IMG/VR virus record: IMGVR_UViG_3300045988_141640
Span: 1-64,000 of that record
Strand: one strand, 5' to 3'
Source of the DNA: a virus
Length of the DNA: 64,000 bases
The position numbers were made by a program, and so were the translations under genes. The notes under the pieces are model-generated. The model ran no database searches and was not told where the DNA came from. It saw nothing but the letters and a program-made list of their open reading frames with translations. Below are positions 18,294 through 27,151 of this stretch, piece after piece (the first letter of the stretch is position 1; the number at the start of each line of letters is the position of its first letter).

Positions 18294-19508
18294 ATGCAAT
18301 TAGTTTATAAATTTGATATCAACCATTCTGACAGGCTTTGCTCTATCTGCCGTGTTACGAACAACCTGTACAACCAGGCGTTGTATATCATTCGTAACGA
18401 GTTGAAGGATAACGACAGGTGGCTGTTCTATCCCGACTTGGACAGGATAATGAAAAATGTCACCAACCTTGAAGGTACGGTAAATTACAGGCTTGTGAAA
18501 TCACACGTAGCCCAACAGACATTGCGCGTGCTTGATAAGGCAATGAAGGGATATGTCAAGGCAGTAAAGGATTGGGCGAAGAATCCGGAGAAGTATAACG
18601 GCAAGCCCGAACTGCCATGCTATCACAAACGGGGAGGGATGAGCAATGCTATATATACCAACCAGTCGTGCAAGATACATGACGGGTATATAATACTTGA
18701 CCGTGACTTGAAAATACCCGTTCCGCAATGGGAGAAGTACAAGGACAGAATCGAACGGTTCAAACAGGTTAGGATAATTCCAAAACGTACATACATGACC
18801 GTGGAGGTTGTATATGATTGTGTCTGTTCGGATAATGTCGGTACGGGTATGGCTTCGATAGACTTGGGTGTGAACAACCTTGCCACGCTGGTTTGCGGAT
18901 GCAATGCGCTGCTGTTTTCCGGCAAGGTTGTCAAGTCATACAACAGATGGTTTAACAAAACATTATCCATGCTGCAATCCATAAAGGACAGGCAGGGGAT
19001 AGAGAAACTGACAAACAGAATGAGAAAGATGTATGAGAAACGTGAACGGTTTATGAATGATGCGATGCACAAGACAAGCAGGCGTATTGTTGATTATCTT
19101 GTATCACACCATATAGGCACTCTTGCTGTAGGCTACAACAAAGGATGGAAGCAATCCGTCAATATGGGCGGAGTAAACAATCAGAAGTTTACATTCATCC
19201 CTTTTGCGAGGTTGAGAAGCTGCCTTAGATACAAGTGTGAGATTGCAGGTATCAACTATATCGAACATGAGGAAAGTTACACTAGCAAATGTGACGCTCT
19301 ATCTATGGAGGATATATGCAAGCATGATATCTATCTCGGTAAGCGTGTCAAGCGAGGACTGTTCAAGTCGGCAGTTGGAAAGGTTATCAATGCCGATGTC
19401 AACGGTGCGCTTAATATAGGTAGAAAAGTATTCGGTGATTCTTTTATGATAACTGATAGTGGGCGTTGGTATCGTCCCGAACGGATTAACGTTTTAAAAT
19501 GTGTGTAA
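18294..19508 (+). CDS. tnpB: TnpB-family RuvC nuclease (IS200/IS605 OrfB-like), zinc finger absent
   Basis: RuvC triad candidates SIDLGVNN, HEESYTSKC and INADVNGALNI. The segment between the second and third motifs lacks the CxxC...CxxC pairs present in the neighbouring TnpB. Confidence 0.8.
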   Translation: MQLVYKFDINHSDRLCSICRVTNNLYNQALYIIRNELKDNDRWLFYPDLDRIMKNVTNLEGTVNYRLVKSHVAQQTLRVLDKAMKGYVKAVKDWAKNPEKYNGKPELPCYHKRGGMSNAIYTNQSCKIHDGYIILDRDLKIPVPQWEKYKDRIERFKQVRIIPKRTYMTVEVVYDCVCSDNVGTGMASIDLGVNNLATLVCGCNALLFSGKVVKSYNRWFNKTLSMLQSIKDRQGIEKLTNRMRKMYEKRERFMNDAMHKTSRRIVDYLVSHHIGTLAVGYNKGWKQSVNMGGVNNQKFTFIPFARLRSCLRYKCEIAGINYIEHEESYTSKCDALSMEDICKHDIYLGKRVKRGLFKSAVGKVINADVNGALNIGRKVFGDSFMITDSGRWYRPERINVLKCV

Positions 19509-19538
19509 AAATTAACATTAATGCTTTACTTTTGTCGC

Positions 19539-19742
19539 ATGAGATGCCATTGCTATGATAAAGAACGGTATGATTATCTTGTCAACGAGATTTTAAAATG
19601 TGGCAAGATACTTAAAGAGAACACCACTAACGGTAAAGAAGTTAGTTGGAAGGTTTTCTGGATAAGGGTGGACGCTCACAAAAGAAGGCTGTCCGCAATG
19701 AGAGAATTGGATAAGATTAAGAAAGAAAAATATTCTACTTGA
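19539..19742 (+). CDS. small hypothetical protein (67 aa from the second ATG)
   Basis: ORF track 19521-19742; a TACTTTTG box at 19527-19534 overlaps the first ATG region, so the start is uncertain. Confidence 0.3.
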   Translation: MRCHCYDKERYDYLVNEILKCGKILKENTTNGKEVSWKVFWIRVDAHKRRLSAMRELDKIKKEKYST

Positions 19743-20014
19743 TTTAATTGGTAGGATTAGCCTAAGTCAAATTTATGACTACGTTAGAAATGAATGTATA
19801 GGAACGTTGAAATGTTTATCCAAGTTTCAACCTCTTCGGTCAGTGATTAAACAGCCTCCAAAGGGGAAGTGTTGCTGGCAAATAAAGGAAACCATTTCAT
19901 AACCTTGGCGATGGGTAACTTACGGGAGAAGTCCTGGGCAGCTCTATTTTAGCTGCCGTAATACTTAAAAATTAGAGATATACAATGGAATAACTTAATA
20001 ATTAAGCGAGAATT

Positions 20015-20034
20015 CCCCTGCCTTCAGGCAGGGG
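20015..20034. repeat. left-end subterminal hairpin CCCCTGCC-TTCA-GGCAGGGG
   Basis: Perfect 8-bp stem with a 4-nt loop; same GCC-TTYA-GGC apex as the right-end hairpin. Confidence 0.6.
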
Positions 20035-20050
20035 ATGATAGCGCTTTTGT

Positions 20051-20455
20051 TCATACATTCTTTTGGTTTTCTATATATTTTCTTACCGTTTCCTCGGATA
20101 TATGTCCAATAGATTCTACAAAATAGGATCGTGTCCATAGTGATGGTAATCGGCTACGCAGCCATGGAAACTCCTTTCTCAAACGAACCGAAGAATAACC
20201 CTTCAATTGATTTATTACAAAATGAATGGCGTATGTAGATTTGCTTCGTATAAAAAGGTGAACATGGTCAGGCATGACCTCCATGTTTTCCAGGATGATT
20301 CCCAGTTCGTCTGCTTTCTGCTGCAACAGAATTTTCAATCGTTCATCCACCCCGTTTAACAGTACTTTCCGCCTATACTTCGGACAAAATACAATGTGAT
20401 ATCCCAAATTGGAAACGCAATGTGTATTTGATATGTATCTTTTTGCTAAAGTCAT
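20051..20455 (-). CDS. tnpA: IS200/IS605 Y1 (HUH) transposase TnpA
   Basis: HUH motif in PDHVHLFI and catalytic Tyr context LWTRSYFVESIG; start taken at MTLAKRY (20455), downstream of the -7 box. Confidence 0.85.
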   Translation of the reverse strand: MTLAKRYISNTHCVSNLGYHIVFCPKYRRKVLLNGVDERLKILLQQKADELGIILENMEVMPDHVHLFIRSKSTYAIHFVINQLKGYSSVRLRKEFPWLRSRLPSLWTRSYFVESIGHISEETVRKYIENQKNV

Positions 20456-20476
20456 AAAAAAAGTTTTTTTCACTTG

Positions 20477-20504
20477 CAAATATAAGAATAATATTATATA
20501 TTTG
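20477..20504. promoter_or_regulatory. back-to-back -7 boxes TATATTTG (minus 20477-20484, plus 20497-20504)
   Basis: Exact TAnnTTTG on each strand, facing tnpA and tnpB respectively. Confidence 0.55.
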
Positions 20505-20529
20505 CAATACAATTAATAACAAATAATCT

Positions 20530-21720
20530 ATGCTGAGAGCCTACAAATATAGAATATATCCGACAGACGAACAGAAGGTTTTGCTTGCCAAGACCTTCGG
20601 CTGCTGTCGCTTTGTCTATAACTGGGCACTCAAGCTAAAGATTGAAGTATATGAACATGAGAAAAAGTCCGTATCATACAAGACTGTTCAGGATATTATG
20701 GTTAACGAATTGAAGAAAGATAAACAATGGCTTAACGAAGTAAATTCACAAGCCCTTCTTAATTCCATCCGCAATCTTGACACCGCCTTTAAGAACTTTT
20801 TCCGTGATACTCATGCAGTAGGCTTCCCTAAATTAAAAAGCAAAAAGGACAGGCAGAGTTTTCAGTGCCCCCAGCATTGTGTCGTGGATTTCGGCAAAGG
20901 AACAATCACCATACCGAAAGTAAAGGATATTCCTGCTGTGTTTCACCGTAAATTCAAGGGAATGGTCAAAACCGTCACCATCAGCATGACACCATCGAGA
21001 AAATACTTCGCTTCCGTATTGGTTGACACGGACATTGAAGAACTTCCGACAACACCGATACATGGCGATACGTGTTTGGGTATAGATTTGGGTATAAAAT
21101 CACTTGCCGTATGTTCTGACGGGAGAACGTTTGACAACCCGAAAAACCTGCGACGAAGCCTTGATCGTTTGAAACTACTTCAAAAGCGGTTGAGCCGCAA
21201 AAAGAAAGGTTCTGCCAACCGAAACAAGGCACGCATTCGCGTAGCTAGGTTGCATGAACATATTGCCAATTGCCGTAAGGATAACCTTCACAAAATCACC
21301 TATGCACTGACGCACGACAGCCAAGTGCGTACCATCTGCATGGAGGATTTGAACGTGAAAGGAATGATGCAAAACCACCACTTGGCACAGGCAGTAGGTG
21401 ACGCATCTTTCGGGATGTTTCTTACGCTGCTTAAATACAAATGCAGTTGGTATGGTGTGAACCTCATTCAGATAAACCGATTTGCCCCAAGCTCAAAGAC
21501 TTGCGGAAAATGCGGCTATGTGTATAAAGGATTGAAACTTAGCGATCGCAGTTGGATCTGCCCGGAATGTGGCACACACCATGACCGTGACTTCAATGCA
21601 GCTTGCAATATAAAGGAATTTGGCTTAAAATCCCTACCCACGGAGCGTGGGAAAGTTAAGCCTGTGGACTGTCCTAAAAAGCAATGGCAGGAAGAAGCAG
21701 GAAGAAGCTCATGCCTTTAG
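20530..21720 (+). CDS. tnpB: TnpB RNA-guided endonuclease family protein
   Basis: MLRAYKYRIYPT N-terminus; RuvC motifs GIDLGIK, CMEDLNVKGM and DRDFNAACNI; zinc finger CGKCG...CPECG. Confidence 0.9.
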   Translation: MLRAYKYRIYPTDEQKVLLAKTFGCCRFVYNWALKLKIEVYEHEKKSVSYKTVQDIMVNELKKDKQWLNEVNSQALLNSIRNLDTAFKNFFRDTHAVGFPKLKSKKDRQSFQCPQHCVVDFGKGTITIPKVKDIPAVFHRKFKGMVKTVTISMTPSRKYFASVLVDTDIEELPTTPIHGDTCLGIDLGIKSLAVCSDGRTFDNPKNLRRSLDRLKLLQKRLSRKKKGSANRNKARIRVARLHEHIANCRKDNLHKITYALTHDSQVRTICMEDLNVKGMMQNHHLAQAVGDASFGMFLTLLKYKCSWYGVNLIQINRFAPSSKTCGKCGYVYKGLKLSDRSWICPECGTHHDRDFNAACNIKEFGLKSLPTERGKVKPVDCPKKQWQEEAGRSSCL

Positions 21721-21727
21721 GCGTGAG
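21708..21727. repeat. right-end subterminal hairpin CTCATGCC-TTTA-GGCGTGAG
   Basis: 8-bp stem (one G-U) spanning the tnpB stop codon; resembles the left-end hairpin. Confidence 0.55.
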
Positions 21728-21811
21728 TAGCTCACTAAGCTGTTATTAATTTCCCGTAAATATGGGGGTTTTATTGTTGAAAAAAAATAATTATATAAAA
21801 AAATAAAAAAA

Positions 21812-22147
21812 ATGGATTTAGTATTAAATTGTAAAGTAAAGAAAGTAGGTCAGTTACAGACTGGTACAAGTAAGGCAGGTAATCCTTGGCAAAAGAGAAA
21901 TTTTCTCGTTGAGGAAATTGGTTCTATGTATGCCAAAGAAGTGTATTTCTATGTAATGGGCAACCTGTGTGATCTTCAATTGAAAGAGGGTGATACTATT
22001 ACTGCCCATCTTGAAATCAGAGCAAGAGAATACCAGGGAAAATATTACAATGAAGTTGGGTGCTTTAAGATAGATATGCCGCAACCAGCACAAGCACCAT
22101 CACCTGCACCTGTTCAGCCTGAAAGACGGGATGATTTGCCCTTTTAG
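21812..22147 (+). CDS. DUF3127 family protein (OB-fold-like, Bacteroidota-typical)
   Basis: GQLQTGTSKAGNPWQKRNFLVEE...HLEIRAREYQGKYYNEVGCFKI matches the DUF3127 pattern as I recall it. Confidence 0.7.
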   Translation: MDLVLNCKVKKVGQLQTGTSKAGNPWQKRNFLVEEIGSMYAKEVYFYVMGNLCDLQLKEGDTITAHLEIRAREYQGKYYNEVGCFKIDMPQPAQAPSPAPVQPERRDDLPF

Positions 22148-22211
22148 TATTGCAATGCTATCCGAAATGTGTGGTTTTTGCCTGTATTGATTAATTTCTT
22201 GTTTTTGTTTG

Positions 22212-22268
22212 CGGATGGAGGTTTATCTTTTTTGCCATATTTCGGGTTTTCCTCCATCCGATTTTTAT
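22212..22268 (+). terminator. intrinsic terminator-like hairpin
   Basis: CGGATGGAGG (22212-22221) pairs with CCTCCATCCG (22251-22260), followed by ATTTTTATT. Confidence 0.5.
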
Positions 22269-22278
22269 TCATTGAGTT

Positions 22279-22971
22279 ATGAGAAAAAAGATGATTAAAG
22301 GTAAATATCCGTTAGTTGATACATTTAATATTGTGTTGGGTAAGTTGTCTGTTTTAAAATCTATTTCTGAGCCTGTTACCTTTTGTAAAAAAGAGCTTAG
22401 ATTTTCTGAATTATATTATGATATTATTTTGTACGAAAGGTATATTAGAGAAACGATGTTAAAATTGACGAATTGGATTGAAGATATTGAAATATATAAA
22501 TCTGTTGGATATGACCACTCTGAATTTATTGCAATAAAGAAAAGGCAGTATATAGATCCATCTATTATTGATTCAGAAGATGATATTCCAATTTTTTCTT
22601 TTAAAAGCTGTTTTGTGTGTGAAGATTATAGGGATATTGTCTTGGATTGTTCTGATAGAGATATTATAAGTATGATTAACACTATCAGTGCAATGAGTAG
22701 GTTTGATATATGCTCTTTCTTTAATATTCCTTCATATAAGATAGATGAAAATGGTAATATGGTTGAGAGAAGTTTTGCTGACAGAGAGATGGATAAGGCT
22801 TCTGATAGTGTAATGTTTGATAATGTTTGTTCTACTATGCTTGATGTGAACAGGGAAATTCATTCTTTAGTTGATTATGTGAAAGGAATTGATGATAATG
22901 GTTTCACCGAATCTGTTGTACAAAAAATGGAAAACAGTGTTACTAGAGTTCTTAATTTGAAAATAGTGTAA
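22279..22971 (+). CDS. hypothetical protein, 230 aa
   Basis: ORF track; co-oriented. Confidence 0.5.
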   Translation: MRKKMIKGKYPLVDTFNIVLGKLSVLKSISEPVTFCKKELRFSELYYDIILYERYIRETMLKLTNWIEDIEIYKSVGYDHSEFIAIKKRQYIDPSIIDSEDDIPIFSFKSCFVCEDYRDIVLDCSDRDIISMINTISAMSRFDICSFFNIPSYKIDENGNMVERSFADREMDKASDSVMFDNVCSTMLDVNREIHSLVDYVKGIDDNGFTESVVQKMENSVTRVLNLKIV

Positions 22972-23255
22972 TGAGGAAAAAAAAACTTCTTGATAACCTA
23001 AGAGAATATCAATATTGGCGTAAAGGTGCTGATATTCCTATGATGTCACCATCCGAAGTCACTAGGATGATTGATTCCGCAATAACGGTGATAGAAAAGT
23101 CTGATACAAGCAAGGCGAATGCCGTGCTGTTTAAAAAAGAAGTGATAGACAAACTTCACATCACTGTCGGTGCTATGATTTTGGACGGATATGACGAGTT
23201 GGATTCATGTGTAAAGTATGTTAATGATTTAATACGTGAGTTAGATGAAAATTAA
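22971..23255 (+). CDS. hypothetical protein, 94 aa
   Basis: ORF track; start overlaps the upstream stop. Confidence 0.5.
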   Translation: MRKKKLLDNLREYQYWRKGADIPMMSPSEVTRMIDSAITVIEKSDTSKANAVLFKKEVIDKLHITVGAMILDGYDELDSCVKYVNDLIRELDEN

Positions 23256-23279
23256 TTTGTTTGTAAATGGAAATTTGGT

Positions 23280-23504
23280 GTGCGACCGAAGCAAAGCGAG
23301 GGAGCACAGGGGCAGTCTAGCTGCACAGGGGCAGTCGAAGTTATAACACTATGTGGTGGGGAACTTCCTAGTGATTATGACATTTCTGATGCTGTTATAA
23401 TTGATGGCGATATTCATTGTCGTAGTATCAGTTGTAATGGCATTGTTGTTTGTAAAGGTTCTTATACCGTTATAGAGGAAGGGGGTGATTATGGGTCATT
23501 CTAA
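23280..23504 (+). CDS. possible small protein, 74 aa (GTG start)
   Basis: ORF track only; non-ATG start; contains a GC-rich 14-bp direct repeat. Confidence 0.25.
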   Translation: MRPKQSEGAQGQSSCTGAVEVITLCGGELPSDYDISDAVIIDGDIHCRSISCNGIVVCKGSYTVIEEGGDYGSF

Positions 23505-24501
23505 CGGTAAAATCACCGCACCTGTAGGGTTGGATAGTGATGTATATCCTACCCTTGGTATAGGTCCTACTAGTGATGGTTATGATTTGGGGTATGCTTG
23601 TCTTAGCGAAAAAATTAATATGTGGAGTTATATAAAACCCAAAGAAGCGTCTAGCCCTTCATTTGACAACGCTAGTTTACCTGGTATAGTTTACGATTCT
23701 GTAAATAAGAAATTAGTATATGATAGACCTAAAACATGGGCTAGGCTTACTGATTTTGATGGATACGATCATGGGGCTAAACCTCTTACAATAGATAAAG
23801 ATATTCTAACTAATCCCGTAGACGCTACAAAGGCAACGTTTGTGCTTACAATTTCACCATATTGGGCTGATTCTAGGTATAATTGGGGTAAAATACTTGG
23901 GGGATTTACTTGGTCTAATATGAAAATAAAGGTGGAAGTATATAATCAATTAAAGAGGTTGGTGGATTCTGGAGTTTTCGTTGTAAGTAGTATTGATAGT
24001 ACAGGAAAAATTTCAATTACCCTTAATCGCAATAATCTCATATCTATGGGGGATACATATATTTATATTAAGGGTTATTTTTGTGATTACAGTGGAAATG
24101 TATTATGCTTAATCCCTACTACATCTGACGGATTTATTCGTAAGCCGATAGTGGTTACTCAAAGTCTTTCTATTACACTTGGAGATACAACAGCCAACGC
24201 TTCTGGATTCTCTGTTTACGGACAGTTGACAAATGGGTCTATTTCTTCTAAATGCAGATTAAACATTACAAATAATACTTCTAGTGATTACGTTGCTTCA
24301 TCCGGAAGACCATACGCTAGATATAGATGGAGAGCGAAAGATGGATCTTATACAGGTCAATGGTCAGGTAATATCTTGATGCCTTCGTGTACAAATATTC
24401 CTAAATCATTTACTCGTAATGATGTAGTTGATGCTGGAAATCCCCCGTCTTATGGTAATGTTACTCAATGGTATGTTGATTATCAAGTTATTATGTATTA
24501 A
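23485..24501 (+). CDS. hypothetical protein, 338 aa (possibly virion-associated)
   Basis: ORF track; Ser/Thr/Asn/Gly-rich beta-type composition. Confidence 0.5.
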   Translation: MIMGHSNGKITAPVGLDSDVYPTLGIGPTSDGYDLGYACLSEKINMWSYIKPKEASSPSFDNASLPGIVYDSVNKKLVYDRPKTWARLTDFDGYDHGAKPLTIDKDILTNPVDATKATFVLTISPYWADSRYNWGKILGGFTWSNMKIKVEVYNQLKRLVDSGVFVVSSIDSTGKISITLNRNNLISMGDTYIYIKGYFCDYSGNVLCLIPTTSDGFIRKPIVVTQSLSITLGDTTANASGFSVYGQLTNGSISSKCRLNITNNTSSDYVASSGRPYARYRWRAKDGSYTGQWSGNILMPSCTNIPKSFTRNDVVDAGNPPSYGNVTQWYVDYQVIMY

Positions 24502-25303
24502 ACACCGGATATAATATACACAAACAATGGGCATGGAACGGCAGCTTAGGTCTGTCTGTGTGTATTCTGTATTGCTCATCAATGCAGAACTGGCATGGAT
24601 TTTTAGACGTTACTGCTGTCCTCCATCCCTTGAAATTTGGAATGTTTTTCCATGAGTTGTAATTTGCTTCATTGAAAATACCTAGAATCATCTGTTGCTC
24701 TATAACATACAACTGGCTTATACCATTTGTGGCATATCCTCTCCCATAGTGTTTCTGTTTGCTTGGCGGAATAAATGATACGTTATATGGTGATGATATG
24801 TTATTCCATACCTTCTTTTGAACCTCATCTGTTATTTTTTCTATATTGTTCGTTTTTATTGACAGTAATGTATTGGCAAGATATACTTCAACAACAGCGC
24901 GGAATCTGTTTGTGTTTGTGTTTATTCTCTGCTTTGTTGTTTCTCCACCGTATGTCCTTTCCATATATTCCTTAATGCCGTTATCCGTCATTGAAATATA
25001 CTCCCATCCAAGATCATCGTTTAGTTCGAGTGACAGCTTATTGCTTTCCAATACATATTGGTATATGTCGTTATATATATTCTCACGGAACTTTTTGGTA
25101 AGTTCAAGCACTTTTTCTTTTTGACTATCCGGGAGTTTTGATATTGACTTGAACGATTTAGCCCCTGCCAAAAGGAATACGGCTAGAAGGTCTTTAGAAA
25201 ACTTCTCCGCACGTTCTTTGGTTGACGATTTGATACCGTTCGCAAGTCTTTTTACCTGGAAGTAATAGTCTGCAATCTTAGATATTTCTTCTTTGTTGAT
25301 CAT
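24491..25303 (-). CDS. head morphogenesis protein (SPP1 gp7 / Mu F-like)
   Basis: C-terminal CQFCIDEQ...PKLPFHAHCLCILYPV resembles the conserved ...C..C...P.HPNCRC end of this family. Confidence 0.55.
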   Translation of the reverse strand: MINKEEISKIADYYFQVKRLANGIKSSTKERAEKFSKDLLAVFLLAGAKSFKSISKLPDSQKEKVLELTKKFRENIYNDIYQYVLESNKLSLELNDDLGWEYISMTDNGIKEYMERTYGGETTKQRINTNTNRFRAVVEVYLANTLLSIKTNNIEKITDEVQKKVWNNISSPYNVSFIPPSKQKHYGRGYATNGISQLYVIEQQMILGIFNEANYNSWKNIPNFKGWRTAVTSKNPCQFCIDEQYRIHTDRPKLPFHAHCLCILYPVFNT

Positions 25304-25493
25304 TGGCTTCTACTCTTTCTGTTATACCGTTTGCTACCATGTTTATCATCAAACTCTTGAAATCGCTTTGACTGTACACCTTTTGCCCAATTGATGCTAG
25401 AGTTTGAAATATGACAATTTGATTCTCGTACAAAACCTTTTGGTTCTGTATGATAGCGTCAAGTTTCGATAATATTTCTCTTTCGTTGTCCAT
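25278..25493 (-). CDS. hypothetical protein, 71 aa
   Basis: ORF track 25278-25532; start moved to MDNEREIL because a TACCTTTG box lies within the longer ORF. Confidence 0.4.
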   Translation of the reverse strand: MDNEREILSKLDAIIQNQKVLYENQIVIFQTLASIGQKVYSQSDFKSLMINMVANGITERVEANDQQRRNI

Positions 25494-25738
25494 AGTGCAA
25501 AGGTATGTATTAGACTTCAATTTACCATACAAATTGTTTTATTTCATTGGGTGTTATTGTATATTTATATGTAATGTAACAAAAAAGGCAACAGTAAAGA
25601 TTCACATCTGCCTGCTGCCAAAGTAAAAACATCGTAATGGTTCATCTATTGTTATACAAAGAAACAAAAAATATGGTATTTTTGCAATAATAAAATGTAT
25701 AAATATTGTTAATTGTTTTGTAATGCCTACTTTTTTTG

Positions 25739-25746
25739 TACATTTG
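25739..25746 (+). promoter_or_regulatory. -7 box TACATTTG (a second box TATTTTTG lies at 25677-25684)
   Basis: TAnnTTTG match 25 nt upstream of the ATG at 25771. Confidence 0.5.
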
Positions 25747-25770
25747 CAATGTATCAATAAATAAAAAATT

Positions 25771-26199
25771 ATGGAACTATTAGTAGAAAGAAAATGGTGT
25801 AAGCCTGATTATACTATAGGGCGTTTGTATATTGATGGTGAGTTTTTCAGTAATACGCTTGAAGATCGAATCGTTGACGTGAATAAGAACGGAGTTTTTG
25901 ATGGGAACGAGAAGAAGGTTTATGCTGAATCTGCTATCCCTTACGGTAGATACCAGGTGATATACAACTGGTCCCCAAAATTCGGACGTAATATGCCAAG
26001 ATTGTTGAATGTTCCTCATTTTGAGGGTATTCTTTTTCATGCTGGGAATACAGCAAAGGATTCTGCCGGATGTATCCTTGTAGGCAACAATACATCAAAA
26101 GGAAGGCTTACCGAATCACGCTATACTTCTGACAAGTTGAACAAATTGATTGACAATTCGATAAAGCGTGGCGAACAGGTTTGGGTTACGATAAAGTGA
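25771..26199 (+). CDS. DUF5675-like protein, putative cell-wall peptidase/lysin
   Basis: TIGRLYIDGEFFSNTLED...AIPYGRY...FEGILFHAGNTAKDSAGCILVG; the H...S.GC motif resembles L,D-peptidase active sites. Confidence 0.55.
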   Translation: MELLVERKWCKPDYTIGRLYIDGEFFSNTLEDRIVDVNKNGVFDGNEKKVYAESAIPYGRYQVIYNWSPKFGRNMPRLLNVPHFEGILFHAGNTAKDSAGCILVGNNTSKGRLTESRYTSDKLNKLIDNSIKRGEQVWVTIK

Positions 26200-26275
26200 T
26201 CAATCTACGTTAAAGGAAATATAGGAGCGATATTTTTGTCGCTCCTTGCTTTATAGTAATAACAGATGTATAGTG

Positions 26276-27142
26276 CTATACTATTCTCGCTAATTTTCCA
26301 TCGGACGGTTTTCCGCCAAACAGGTGATTAATGTATGCAAGACCTTTTTGTGTGCATAGAACAACCATCACGACAAAACCTGGGTGATTCTCTCTTGGAA
26401 TAGGCTTTTCTTTCATCTCGAAATACCCAGCATCAATATACTTCTGTTTTGGCTCATTCCTGTTAGCAAAGAATACTCCTGCTTCACGAAGTTTCTTGAA
26501 CAAGGTATTTCGTCCGAATGGTAAGCCGAGTATCTTGGCAGTCTGTCCTATATCGCACTTGCCTTCCATTGCAAAGGCTTTGTCGGCGAAGTCCGCTTTG
26601 GGCTGAATTTTGGCAATCTTGGCATCTTTTTGTTCGATTTGCTTTTTCTGTTGCTCCGATTCAATGCGCAACCGTTCTTTCTCCTTTTCAGAAGCTACCA
26701 AAGCTTCCAAGGCTTCAAGATAGGTTTGCGGAGTTTGAGGTTGTACGGAGTAGCTGCCGGTGTTTACTACCGATGGGACGATTTCGTCAAAAATCCAATT
26801 TTCAAATTCATCCGCCCTTGGCATTTGGCTTTTAGCGGTCAAACGGTAGATGTTACCTTCACTGATAAACTTCATTTGTTGAATACCGCTATTTGTAGGG
26901 GTGTCACGTAGCGTTACGCCCTGTGATTTACAATGGTCTATGATAGCTTTTCTTGGATTTGCATACTGCAAAGAGGTGGCAATATCTGTTGCACAAAACC
27001 AACTTTTACCGTTTTCAACAAACATACGAACCTTTCCGAATAAAGGATGTTCATAAACCATAACTTCGCTCGTTTCGTGAGCTGACGCAATCTGTACGGT
27101 ACTATTATTCCCGTTCAAATAGATTTCATTTGGTTGTAGCAT
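26276..27142 (-). CDS. antirepressor (Bro-N domain plus KilAC/ANT C-terminal domain)
   Basis: N-terminal FGKVRMFVENGKSWFCATDIATSLQY (Bro-N); C-terminal IGQTAKILGLPFGRNTLFKKLREAGVF...YIDAGYFEMKE (KilAC). Confidence 0.75.
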   Translation of the reverse strand: MLQPNEIYLNGNNSTVQIASAHETSEVMVYEHPLFGKVRMFVENGKSWFCATDIATSLQYANPRKAIIDHCKSQGVTLRDTPTNSGIQQMKFISEGNIYRLTAKSQMPRADEFENWIFDEIVPSVVNTGSYSVQPQTPQTYLEALEALVASEKEKERLRIESEQQKKQIEQKDAKIAKIQPKADFADKAFAMEGKCDIGQTAKILGLPFGRNTLFKKLREAGVFFANRNEPKQKYIDAGYFEMKEKPIPRENHPGFVVMVVLCTQKGLAYINHLFGGKPSDGKLARIV

Positions 27143-27151
27143 GAAATGAAA

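Larger units (their letters stand above)
19995..21745. mobile_element. IS200/IS605-family insertion sequence (divergent tnpA/tnpB, IS605-like organisation); ends approximate
   Basis: Y1 transposase plus TnpB, flanked by similar subterminal hairpins (20015-20034 and 21708-21727); inserted between phage genes 19742 and 21812. Confidence 0.7.
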
